This document shows, in pieces, positions 1 to 11,938 of a stretch of DNA of 64,000 nucleotides (positions are counted from its first letter, which is position 1; every line of letters begins with the position of its first letter). The notes under the pieces are model-generated. The model did not search any database. It saw only the letters and a list, made by a program, of their open reading frames with translations, and was not told the DNA's origin. The stretch spans positions 3,616,001-3,680,000 of the forward strand of contig CM000154.2 of assembly GCA_000004695.1 (NCBI GenBank), written 5' to 3'. Origin of the DNA: Dictyostelium discoideum. Taxonomy: Eukaryota. Position numbers and translations under genes: made by a program.

Positions 1-93
1 TGGTGTTGATATTGATGATGTTGGTGTTGTTGAAGAAGAAGAGGGAGAAGAATAAATATTATTATTATTATAATTATTATTATTATTATTATA

Positions 94-183
<90 letters not shown>

Positions 184-508
184 GTTGGTGGTGGCGGTCG
201 TTATTGGTGAAGATGTAGATTTTATTGGTGTTATTATGCTTGTGTTTAATAAATTACCACTTGTAAATGCATTAAATGGTGCTTGCATTAAACTAAAATC
301 ATTAAATTCATTTGTAAAATCAATGGTTACATGGTTTAATTGTTGTCTTTGTTGTTGTAAAATTGTTGGTGTTATTAAAAAAGGTGATGGAAATGGTACA
401 GTTTGATTCTCTTTTTCAGATTTATCAATATTATTATTATTATTTGTAGTGTTACTATTATTTACAGGGGTTTCTATAGAATTATTTTTATTATTGTCAT
501 TATTTTTA

Positions 509-550
<42 letters not shown>

Positions 551-921
551 GTATTATCATTGGTAATGGTACTATTTGAGCTTGTTAAATTATCATTTGG
601 TGAAGTGATTGTATTTGATAAATCACTTGAAAGATAAATATCATCATTTTCATTGTTTGTTGAGTGTGTGATAGATGAATTTTGATCATTTATATTATTA
701 CATTCATTTTTTTTATTTTCATTTTTATTTTGATCATTTTCATTATTGTCATTATTGATACTACTATTTTCGCAATTTTGTTGTGATTCTTGAGTATCAT
801 CTAATAATAATTTACCATCCTCACTATTTGCAACTAAAATATGTTCATCATGAAGTTGATGAATATCTTGATCATTTACAATATTACATGTAATATCAGA
901 AAAAACAAAATGATCAATCAT
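1..921 (-). CDS. 5' part (N-terminus) of an Asn/Ser/Thr-rich low-complexity protein; gene runs off the window start
   Basis: Minus-strand ATG at 919-921 (MIDHFVFSDITCNIVNDQDIHQLHDEHILVANSEDGKLLL...). An uninterrupted frame follows down to position 1, which I translated by hand. It includes poly-Asn from the (ATT)n tract at 58-181 and ...SIITPIKSTSSPITTATTNN.... It is absent from the ORF track only because no stop falls inside the window. No recognisable domain. Confidence 0.5.
58..181. repeat. (ATT)n trinucleotide microsatellite, coding poly-Asn on the minus strand
   Basis: Near-perfect ATT repeats visible directly in sequence lines 61-181. Confidence 0.9.
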
Positions 922-1119
922 ATTTATTTTATTTTATTTTATTTTATTTTATTTATTATAAATTACTAATTATTTTTTAATGATGTTTAATTCCAAGTGG
1001 AAAAATAAATAAAAAAAATAAAAATATAAAAAATAAAAAAACAAATAAAATAAAAGAGAAAAGAAAAAAAATTAAATAATAATAATTTTGTTTTTGTTTT
1101 TGTTTTTGTTTTTGTTTTT

Positions 1120-1153
<34 letters not shown>

Positions 1154-1951
1154 TGATTACTGATATTATTGTTATTATTGTGTTTTTATATTACAACTGT
1201 TATTTTATTATTTATTCAATTATATATATTTATAAGGTTTATTTATAGTACAAAATATGAGTGTGTGTGTGTTTGTGTTTGTGTATGTGTGGTTGGAGTA
1301 ATTATGGTGGTAGTGGGTTGAAATTGAATATTAGTGAAGAGTGTGTTGTTAAATAAAAATTTTTTTTAAAAAAAAAAAACTTTATATTTTTTTTTTTTTA
1401 TTTATTTAATTTATTTATTTATTTATTTATTTTTTTATTTTATTTTTTTTATTTTTGGGGGGTGTGTAGTGTTTGGTTATGGGATGGAAAATTTTAAAAA
1501 AAAGTTGGAATTGAAATATCTAAATTTGAACAGTTTTTATTAAACAAATTTTTTTGTGATTTATTTTTATTTTTATTTTTTTTTATTTTTTTTATTTTTT
1601 TTTTTATTATTATTTACAATATTGAATAGAAATACAAAAAAGATATGAAGGTGATAAAGGTGTGATCCAAACAGTGTTATAGCTGTGCGGAGGTGTGCAG
1701 ATGAAAAGTGTTTTGTTTTGGAGTTTATGACCAAAAAACACAACCAAAGCAGATGCTAAAAAAAGGTAATGAAAAAAATAAAAAATAAAAAAAATAAAAA
1801 AAATAAAAAAAATAAAAAAATAAAAAAAAAAAAAAAATAAAAATAAAAAAATAAAAATAAAAAAAAAAAATGATCAAGGGGCACTAAAAAAAATAAAAAA
1901 AAAAAAAAAATTTTTATAATAATCTAAGTCTGCACAAAAAAAAATAAAAAA

Positions 1952-2028
<77 letters not shown>

Positions 2029-2471
2029 TTTAAAATTTTTTTAAGGGGGTTTAAAAAAACTTACACCCCCTCCCAAATCAGATTGCTAGCTGATCGTGAT
2101 TCAATCCATGTGAAAATAATATTTTGAAATTTAAAAAAAAAAAAATTAAAATTTAAAAATTAAAAAATTTAAAAAAAAAAAAAACCAAAAAGGCAAAAAA
2201 CAATTGAATTTAATTTAATTTATATGTTTATGTGCTTATTGGTTGGAGTAAAGTTGATTATTAAGCCATATTTTAATTATTAAAGAATGATGGCTTCTAT
2301 CAAAGTGTCAACAAGGGTTTTTTTTATCCTTTTTTATATAAATAAATGGATGAATTTTGTTTTATGTGAATAATAAATTAATAAAAAGAATTGGAATATT
2401 TTATTTAACTTTATAAGTTTGATTTAAATCGGTTCCACAATTTTTTATTATAAAATTAATTTATTGGGGTT

Positions 2472-2512
<41 letters not shown>

Positions 2513-2709
2513 CAAAAAGAGTAACCCGGTGAAGGGGTCTCTTTTACAATAAAAACTATAATTAATATGAAAAAAAATTCAAATTGGAAAAAAAAAAAAA
2601 AAAATTAAAAAAAAAATTTTAAAAAAAAAAAGATATTTTTTAAAAAACATTTTATTAAAATTTTTTTTTTTACCACCCAACAATGTTCTATTTTGGGAGT
2701 AATCATTTT

Positions 2710-2926
2710 TTAGGAGTGCTTGTAACAACAAATTGTCACATTATCGCATGGTATTTTAAAACTTTGGCACTTACTTTCAACAACGCTTAACTAATTATTA
2801 TAATAATTAAAATAATATTTAAAATAAAAAAAATTAAAAAAAAAAAGTAAAAAAATAAAATATCTTTTATTAGTACAACCTTCTTTTAGATATTTATTTT
2901 TTTTTTTTTTTTTAAAGCGTTTTGGG

Positions 2927-2977
<51 letters not shown>

Positions 2978-4743
2978 CCAATAAAATAAATAATGAAAAC
3001 TTACCAATAAATCTGTTAATTCTTTTACAGAAGTTGATTTCTTAATATACTTGCAGCATGCTTTGAAATCCAAAACATTCCAAAGACCATCAGAAGCGAC
3101 AATGACATAATCACCGGGGTTCAATGATTCACTTTGAAATTCTGGTGTACTACTAACTCCATATTTACTTAAAACTACATGACCTAATGCTCTACTCATA
3201 TTTAATGCTAATCTTTGTTTCATAATGTCATCATTACTATAATCATTTTTATTTGGTATAACTCTATAACATCCCTATATATATAAATTTATATAATTAA
3301 TAATTATTAATTATTATATTTATTTTTAATGTTTTTAATTATTAATTTAAAATATACATACACATCTAAAAACTACTCTACCACCAGTTGTAATTATTCT
3401 TTTTTTTTCGAGTGGATTTTCAGGTTTATGATCATTTGATAGTTGAATTGGAGTATAATCTTTACCATTTGCAGATTGTTTAAATAAAACTGCCATTGAA
3501 TCACCTACCCAACCAACACGAATATGGTTATCCTTAATTATTGCCAATGTTGCGGTTGTACCCCAATCACCAGTAATTTTACCTTTTTCAAGCAATGCTT
3601 CATTTGCTTCTAAAAATGAACTCGTTATACATTTATCTATAAAAAAAAAAAAAAAAAAAAAATTAAAAAAACAAAATAAAACATTTAAAAAAAAAATATA
3701 TATTAATAAAAATTTAATAATTATTTATTTTAATTTATATTTTACTCACCATAAAAATCATCAGATTTTTTATTATCATTACTATTTACAATTTCTTTTT
3801 CTACAATTTTTGATATAATATCTCTGGTTGTAGCAGATGCATCCATACCCTCATCACCATGGCCATCAAATACACCTATTACCCTTATCCCTTCAGATTT
3901 AAAATTTTTTTGAAAAAAAGTATCTTGATTTTCATCTCTTGTACCAAGTACTGTATTACCACTATAATTTAAATCTAAAATTTCTTCTTCTTCTTTTTGT
4001 TGTTGTTGTTGTTCCTCTTCTTTACTATGTTTTTCCTCTTCTTTTTCATTTTCTTCTAATTTCACGTCTTTTTCCTCATCTTTATTATTGTTGGTACTAG
4101 TTGTTGTTGTTGTAGTTGTAGTGGTTGTAGGGGTTGGGGTTGTGGTTGTAGGGGTTGGTGAATCCAGTGGTGGTGGATTAAGAACAAATTTAGACATTGA
4201 TTGAATGTCCATTGGTTGTTTCTCTATATTGTTAGGATTATCATTTAAAATATTGGAATCTTCCAAATCTTTGAAAACTACATCTTTTGGATGTTTTTGT
4301 TGTTTTTTATGTTTTTGATGTTTTTGTTGTTTTTTTTGTTTTTTATTATTAAAATCTTTAAGTGTTAATTCTGGTACATTTAATAATGTATCAATATTTT
4401 CATTACTATTGTTATTATTATTTGAGTCCATGACTGTATTTTTGTTACTATTTTCATTGTTGGTGTTTGTTGTTTTAAATTCATCAAGACTTGGTAATTT
4501 ATAATTACTATCGTCTTCATCAACATTATCAAGTTGTAATCTTTCTCTTTTGTTTTTAGGTGGTGATGTTGATTTTGTTGGTGTTGTAGTTGTAGACGAA
4601 GATGGTGAAGAGGATGATGTTGTGGTTGTGGTTGTTGTTGTTGTTGTTTTTTTAACAGGACTCTTTTTAATAATAAATTTTAAGTAGTTATCTGATATCC
4701 ATGATATTTCATAACCACTATCATTTGCAACTGCAGTATCCAT
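2710..4743 (-). CDS. Protein phosphatase 2C (PPM family) with a long Ser/Thr/Asn-rich N-terminal extension; 4 exons
   Basis: Minus ORF 3742..4743 plus three downstream exons joined by hand-traced GT/AG introns. Exons are 3750..4743, 3362..3636, 3005..3274 and 2710..2790, with donors GGTGAGT, GTATGT and GTAAGT. Total 1620 nt = 540 codons, all phases consistent. PP2C blocks seen: VFDGHGDEG, GTTATLAII, VGWVGDSMAV, LSNDHKP, LALNMSRALGH, VIVASDGLWNV and the C-terminal ...KIPCDNVTICCYKHS* (DNxT-type end of the PP2C fold). Confidence 0.8.
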
Positions 4744-5660
4744 TTTTTAATTTGTGATGTGTTTCAAGTTGTTGTTGTTGTTTTGGTTTGTTATTGTTTT
4801 TGGTTTTGTAGTTAATTTTATTTTATGTGTAGGTGGGTGAGTTTGGGTTTGTGTATAATTTTTTTAATTTTTTTTTTTAATTGTTTTTTTTATTTTTTTT
4901 TTTATTTATTTTATTAATTTAATAAGTGGGTTGTATTATTTATATATATAAATGGTGGATTTGTGTGTGTGTGTGTGTGTGTGTTTGTGTGTTGTGAATG
5001 TGTAAATGAATGCAAAAGATAAAATTTAAAACTTTGGGTTTTAAAATTTTTTTTTATTTTTTTTATTTTTTTATTTTTTTTTCTTTTTTTTATACAAAAT
5101 TAAATTATTATTATTTTTATTATTACTTCTTGATACCTAATTTTAATTTATTCGTGTTTTGTTTGTAAGGGTACAAGGCAGAAAAAAAAAAAAAATTTAT
5201 AAAATATTGCTTAATGTTTGTTTATCTGTATAATATTATTATATAAACACGGTGGAGTTTTGAAGATAGGGGGTATATATTTTAAATATTTAAAACAACC
5301 ACACGTATTTCACAATTTTAAAATTAAAAAAAAAAAAATTAAAAAAATAATTTAAATAAAATAAATAAATGAAATAAAAAAAAGTTGGTGATATTTCAAT
5401 ATATATATTATAACTAAATTTGAAATTATAAAAAAAAAAAAAAAATTATTTTTTTTTTTTTAGAAATTAAAAAAAAAAAAAAAACAAAAAAATTAAAAAA
5501 TTAATTGTTTTTTCCTCAAATGAGAACCTATTTAGATTTGATTCCCAAGTTTATTTTAAATTTTTATTAATAAAATAAAAAATTTAAAAAAAAATTTAAA
5601 ATCAAAAAAATCCCAAATTTAAAATTAAGAATTAATAAATGAAAAGATGAATAAAAAAAA

Positions 5661-5692
<32 letters not shown>

Positions 5693-6050
5693 AATTTTTT
5701 AACAAATAAACAAATAAATAAATAAATAAATAAAAAAAATTATAAAAAAAAAATAAAAAAAAAGTTTTGATTAAGTTCAAAATAGTAAAATAATGATAAT
5801 AATTATTATTATTACTATTTTGTTTGATTGAGTGTTATATAACTCAAATGTGGAAACCATAAACAAAAATAGCTACCCATGTTTTATTAGAAAATCAGCT
5901 CCTTTCAATAATTATTTTTATTTTTTTTATTTTTTTTTTGATTTTTTAAAAAAAGTTTTTTTTATTTTTTTTTTTTAAAATTTTTTTTTTTTATTTTTTA
6001 TTTTTTTTTATATTTTCCACCCCATTTTTAAACAAATATTTTATAATATA

Positions 6051-6479
6051 ATGGTGTGTATAATTATTCATTATGTTTTGTCAATAGTTTGACATTTTTA
6101 AAAATCATAATATAAATACTAATTTATCTATATTATTATTATCATTATTATTATCAGTCAGACGAAAAAACACAATTAATTGAAGCTTTTTACAATTTCG
6201 ATGGAGACTATGATGGTTTTGTTAGTGTAGAAGAATTTAGAGGAATTATTAGAGATGGTTTACCAATGACTGAAGCTGAGGTATGTTATTTTTAAACAAA
6301 AAGAAAATTGTATATAATATAAAGTTAAATTACCACATTTTATTTTTATACTCACTCTCAACCTTCATTTTAAATAATTACAGATCACAGAATTCTTTGA
6401 AGCAGCTGATCCAAATAATACAGGTTTTATTGATTATAAAGCATTCGCTGCAATGTTATATTCAGTTGATGAATCATAA
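6051..6479 (+). CDS. Small two-EF-hand calcium-binding protein, myosin-I light chain-like (MlcB/MlcC-sized, 73 aa)
   Basis: Exon 6158..6280 starts at acceptor ttatcag|TCAGAC and ends at donor GAG|GTATGT. Exon 6384..6479 follows acceptor attacag|ATC and ends at TAA. Translation: SDEKTQLIEAFYNFDGDYDGFVSVEEFRGIIRDGLPMTEAE / ITEFFEAADPNNTGFIDYKAFAAMLYSVDES*. It shows two canonical EF-hand loops, DGDYDGFVSVEE and DPNNTGFIDYKA. The phase-0 acceptor implies an ATG-only first exon; the best candidate is ATG|GTGTGT at 6051-6053 (110-bp intron). Exon 1 placement is the weakest part. Confidence 0.65.
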
Positions 6480-6484
6480 AAAAG

Positions 6485-6526
<42 letters not shown>

Positions 6527-7539
6527 TTCAAGACAAACTAAATCAAAAAGACAATACCAAAAAAAAAAACAAAAAACACTTATTTATAAAATGTAATAAT
6601 ATATAAAACCTTTTTTTTTTTTTTCTTAAAAAGAAATCATAAACCAAACTCCTTTTATTTATTTATTTATTTATTTATTTATTTCATTTCTGTCATTTTT
6701 TTTATTTTGGTTGTCTTGGTTTTTTAATTTTAAAACATGGGGTTGGATTGGATTTTTTACTTTTTTTTTTTTTTTTTTTTTAAACATATTTTTTTTTTTT
6801 TTTTTTTTTTAAACATATTTTTATTTATTTTTTTTTCTTTGTTGTTATTCTTTTTTTTAATTATTCTTTTTTTTTTTTTTTTGCAATTGGAATTAATTTT
6901 TAACAGCATAAATAAAATGTTTTAATAAAGTAATTAAAAAAAAAAAAATTTGTAGAATAATTACCACACTTGGAATTTTTTTCATAGTGTTGAACATTTC
7001 AATAAATATTCCATTTTCACACAGGTGAATCATATTTGATGCATTAATTTTTTTTATTTTTATTTTTTATTTTTTATTTTTTTTTTTATTTTGTTTTTAA
7101 TATTTTATTTATTTTTGGAAATACATTTTTACCCTAATCTACACATAATTTACTAAATTTATCACTTTTATTATTAAAATTCATTTTTTATTTTTTATTT
7201 TAATTTAATTTTTTTAATATTTTTTTTTTTTTTTTTTTAATAATTTAATTATTAAAAAAAAAAATATTTATAAAGTCATTAAATGTTAAAAAATAATAAA
7301 TATTGTCAATTACACAATAATATTGATTTTGTTGAAAAAAAGATTATAACAAATAAAAAACCATTACTTATTAAAAATAAAAAACACAATATCAATAGAG
7401 TTGATTCAATTGACTTAATTTCAATGTACCTTTAAAAAATAAAAATAATAAAAAAATAATTTATAAAAAAAAAATAAAATAAAAAAAAAAAAAAAATAAT
7501 AAAGATAATAAATAAATAATTAAACAAAATAAAATAAAA

Positions 7540-7602
<63 letters not shown>

Positions 7603-7613
7603 AAATAAATAAA
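7540..7613. repeat. (AAAT)n tetranucleotide microsatellite just upstream of the glycosyltransferase start codon
   Basis: aaataaataaat... repeated about 18 times in lines 7501-7613. Confidence 0.9.
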
Positions 7614-7615
7614 TA

Positions 7616-10600
7616 ATGACATTAATATCAATAATAAAAAAAAATTTAATTGGTGTGATAATAATACTTGCAATTGGACTACATATAACATTAATATATA
7701 AATATTCAACATTCAGTTTTATAAATAATAAAAATAATAGGAATAATTTACCACCACAACATCAACAACCTTCAAATATTCAACATAATATTCAACATGA
7801 TATTCATCAAAAACCACATTATTCAAATAAACAATCACAAAAAACTCAACAACAAAATGAATCACCATTAGAAGGTCAAAAATTTATTTATTCAAAACAA
7901 AAGGAAAAGATTTTAAAATATATCGATTATAAACAATTTGGTTTATTTAATGGTGGTGGAGGTGTTATAGTTAATTCAAAGCCATCAAATACAAATGATA
8001 ATGGTGGTATTTATAAGGATTTAAATTTAAATGAATTGGATGAAATTTCATCTTGGAGTCCAAATACTATTGTTGATTTTAATAAGAGACATGGTGATGA
8101 TTCATTACCTTCAATATGTTCAGAGATTGATTTTCAAGAGATTAAAACTTGTGAAGGATCAAATTATTATCGAGCAATGGTAACACCAACACCAGTATTA
8201 GATGAGAATTCAATGAATTATACTTTGAAACCAAATTCACAATATAGAGCAAAGTTTAACTATTACCCAAGAGAATTCTCCAAACAACCTTTAATTACAA
8301 TTTTAACAGCATTTTATAATATTGAGCCCGATATATTTGAAGAATCGGCTGCAACTGTTTTTGGCCAATCACTTCAAAATTTCGAATGGGTAATTGTAAA
8401 TGATTGTTCACCAAATCAAACATTGGTTGATTTATCACTTGGAAAGTATAGAGAATTGGCAAAGATTGATCCAAGAATTGTTATTATAGATTTAAAAAAG
8501 AATGTTCGTTTACCTGGTGCAAGAAATGCTGGTGTTAAAGTTGCACGTGGTAAATATATTGTTTCATTGGATCCTGATGATATGTTTGAAAATACCTATT
8601 TGGAAAAAGCAGTTTGGTTCTTAGAAACCCATAAAGAATATACACTTTGTAATGCTTGGACTGTTGGTTTTGCAAATAAATCTTATGTTTGGAAAAATGG
8701 TTATCATAATGGTGATAGAAATTTAAAAGAAAATCAAATTACTGTTGCTTCAGTAATGAGAGTAAGTTTAATTAAAAAAAAATTTAATAAAAATTAATAT
8801 ATATATATATTAATAAATAAAAATTTTTTTTTTTAAATAGACTCAAGCATTAAGAGATGTTGGTGGATTTGATAGTAAATTAATTCATGGTATGGAAGAT
8901 TGGGATCTTTGGATAAGAATGGCTGATAATGGTCATTGGGGACATACATTAGAAGAATTTCATTTTTGGTATCGTGTTAGTCCACCAGGTAAATGGGACG
9001 CAATTGATAATTTAGCAAAGTTTAATGCATTTTTAGAGAATCAACAAGTAAAATATAAAAATGCCTATGGTAAAGGTGTTCCAAAATTATCAAGACCTCC
9101 ACAAGAAAAGATGGAAGCAGTGGATGATTTAATTCCATTTGAAAATAATTTAAAGAAATGTAGACCACGTGTACTTTTATTAATACCATACATGGAAGTT
9201 GGTGGTGCTGATCAATTCAATTATAATTTTGCTCAAGGAATGGTTTTAGATGGTTGGGAAGTTAGTATTGCTACAACCAAAACCTCTGATAATAAATGGT
9301 TCCCACAATTTGCAAGAGTTACTCCAGATATATTTATAATGCCAAGATTCTCTAAAAATACTGATCAATGTAGATTCCTTGCATATTATATTAAATCAAG
9401 ACAATTTGATGTGGTTTATGTTAGTAATTCAGAACAAGCCTATCATTATCTCTCTTATTTAAGAGCAAATGCACCTGGTCCTGCCTATATAGATTATACT
9501 CATTCAGAGACTCCAAAATGGAAAGATGGAGGTTATGCACGTTATAGTTTTGGTTCAGAGAAATTATTGGATAGATCAATTTTTGCATCGGAACATCTTC
9601 GTCAATATTGTATAAGAAGAGGTCATAATGCAAATAAAACAGCAACTGTTTTAATTGGTATCGATAGTGATAAATATGTACCAAAACCAGAGAATAGAGC
9701 AATTATTCGTAAAGAGTTGGGCTTTCCCGATAATGTTTTGGTAATTGTATTTGTTGCACGTTTAGAATCTGAAAAACAACCAGAAGTATTTGCAGAAGTT
9801 TTAAGAAGAGTTGATGAAATGGGTTATGATTTTAGAGCGATTTCAATTGGTGGTGGTTTATTATTTAATGATTTAAATGAAACTATTTCAAAGAGTGGAT
9901 TATCAGAAAAGGTTAGATTACTTGGTAATATTCCAAACTCTCAAGTATCAAAATATGTATCTGGTTCGGATGTTTTCTTCCTCCCATCAAAAGTTGAAGG
10001 TATTTCATTGGCAATCTATGAAGCTATGTCTCAACAAGTTTGTGCAGTATCAGCAAAAGTTGGTGGTCAAGCTGAATTGGTAACTCCAGATGTTGGGTTT
10101 TTAGTTGTACCTGGTACACCAACTGAAGTTGATGAATATACAGAGATCATTGCAGATTTGGCAAGTAATCTTACATTGGCATCTGAGTTGGGTAAGAAAT
10201 CATTGGAAAAAATATTGAATGGTTTCTCTGTAAAGGATACACTTCATAGAATGAAAGAAGAATTTTGTAACTCTGCCATTGTAACACGTTATACTACTCC
10301 AATGTTTACCAATAAATTATTTTCAAAACTTTCAAATGAACAAGCAGTCTTGGGTCATGAATATGAAAGAGCAATCGATGAACTTTTACCAATGTGGAAT
10401 CAACTTACATCTTTAACAAAACAATTAGCACCACCACCAACTTTAACCGAAAAAGAAATTAAACGTAAACCATCACCCTATCCATTACATAAACCAGAGG
10501 AAGTTTTAGATTCAATCAATATAACAGGTTTAAGAGTTGTAGAGAATATAATGATTGAAAAGAAAAAAGTTGATAGAAAAATGAAAATTATACTTAAAGA

Positions 10601-11711
10601 TTTTCAAGAACAATTCATTAGAAGAAATCCAAAATTTGCTGATAAACAATTGGTCCCAAATGAATTCCTTCATCAATATAATCATGGTGTTGATAATTGG
10701 GATGATGAATTACCTTATCCATATCAACAACAAGAATATGTTGCATATATTCCAAATGCATTTGTTGGTACAGGTGAATCTGCAACCATTTTCGATTGGG
10801 ATAGAGTTTTTCTTTTAAATTATTCACCAACTCAACAAGAAACCTTTACAATGCCATTAGAAGAATCAAGAATTTGTCATGTTGAAAAAACAAAAAAAAT
10901 GGTTACCCTTTTACAAAAACAATTCTCTTTTGAAAATTTTATAATAGATCAACTTCCAAAATTATCATTAGTACTTGAAGAATTAGAACTTGATCCAGAA
11001 ATTAAAATACTTGTACCATTTACAGATTTTGCTAAAACCATTATGGTTGATACATTAAAGTTCTCACCAGATAGAATCATTTATTTTAAACCAGGATCTG
11101 GTTGGGATCCATGTGTTGTTTTCTTTGCAAATACTTTATTACTTCCAACACCAATACCACCTGGTCAACCACCAAGAGAAATGATTTCAAAACTTCGTGA
11201 TTACTTTTATCAAAAGAACGATATAGATATTGTTGCTCCTATTAATAGAAATGTTATAATGTATGCCTCAAGAAAATCAACATTATCTCCATTGAGAAAA
11301 GTTTCAAATGAACAAAAAGTTATTGAAACCATTAAAAACATTTTACAATCTCAAGGTGAAGGAAAATATGAATTCATCGAATGGGATGGTTTGGAAACTA
11401 TTACACCAGAGTTGGTTCAATTATCCAGTCGTGTTAAAATTTTAATTGGTATGACAGGAGCAAATTTATTACCAATGGTAGTTTGTCAACCAAATACAAT
11501 CGTTGTAGAATTTATGCATGAAAATCCTTGGTTATCATTTTGGAGTACATCTGAATCATTACAACATGAAAATTGGATGATTCCAATTAAAGCAACATCC
11601 CATGATTCTTTAGAAATTCAAGTACCAATTGATCAATTAACAAATACTTTAAATCAAATTTTTAATCCTCAACAACAACAACAACAATCTTCTTCGTCTA
11701 ATTCCAAATAA
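7616..11711 (+). CDS. Trimodular Golgi-type glycosyltransferase: N-terminal signal-anchor, GT2 (GT-A, DxD) domain, GT4 domain, C-terminal GT61/DUF563-like domain; 2 exons, ~1338 aa
   Basis: join(7616..8761, 8841..11711). Donor ATGAGA|GTAAGT at 8762 and acceptor ttttaaatag|ACTCAAGCA at 8840 give a 79-bp phase-0 intron that keeps the frame into ORF 8892..11711. N-terminus MTLISIIKKNLIGVIIILAIGLHITLIY is a type-II membrane anchor. GT2 signatures: LITILTAFYN...VIVNDCS...SLDPDDM, then ...HGMEDWDLWIRM. GT4 signatures: RVLLLIPYMEVGGADQF...VFVARLESEKQ...FFLPSKVEGISLAIYEAMSQQVCAVSAKVGGQAELV. GT61-like signatures: EWDGLETITPELVQLSSRVKILIGMTGANLLPMVVCQPNTIVVEF. Confidence 0.8.
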
Positions 11712-11938
11712 TAAAAAAAGAGATTAAGAATAATTTTATTATTTCTTTATACTATTTTTTTTATTATTATATTATTAATAATTTTTTTTTTTTTTAAATA
11801 ATTTATTTAATTTTTTTATATTTTTTTTTTATTTTTTTTTATTCTAAACATTTATAGTTTTATATTATTATTATTATTATTATTATTTATTTTAAAATCT
11901 TTTTTTTTTTTTTTTTTTTTTTTTGTTTTTATTTTTTT

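Noticed and set aside
3-637. Plus-strand ORFs 3..218, 182..406 and 449..637 (poly-Tyr, poly-Leu)
   Set aside because: They are the antisense reading of the (ATT)n and other low-complexity tracts inside the hand-verified minus-strand gene 1..921. They have no start context and pure homopolymeric translation.
6283-7712. ORFs 6283..6606, 6737..6925 and 7461..7712 rich in poly-K or poly-F
   Set aside because: Translations of poly(A)/poly(T) and (AAAT)n spacer. 6283..6606 also overlaps the real mlcB-like intron and exon 3 in a different frame.
9421-10830. Small ORFs 9421..9702(-), 9877..10083(+), 10618..10830(-) and 10636..10818(+) inside the glycosyltransferase gene
   Set aside because: Embedded in or antisense to a 4-kb ORF with strong domain support. 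Short, with no features of their own.
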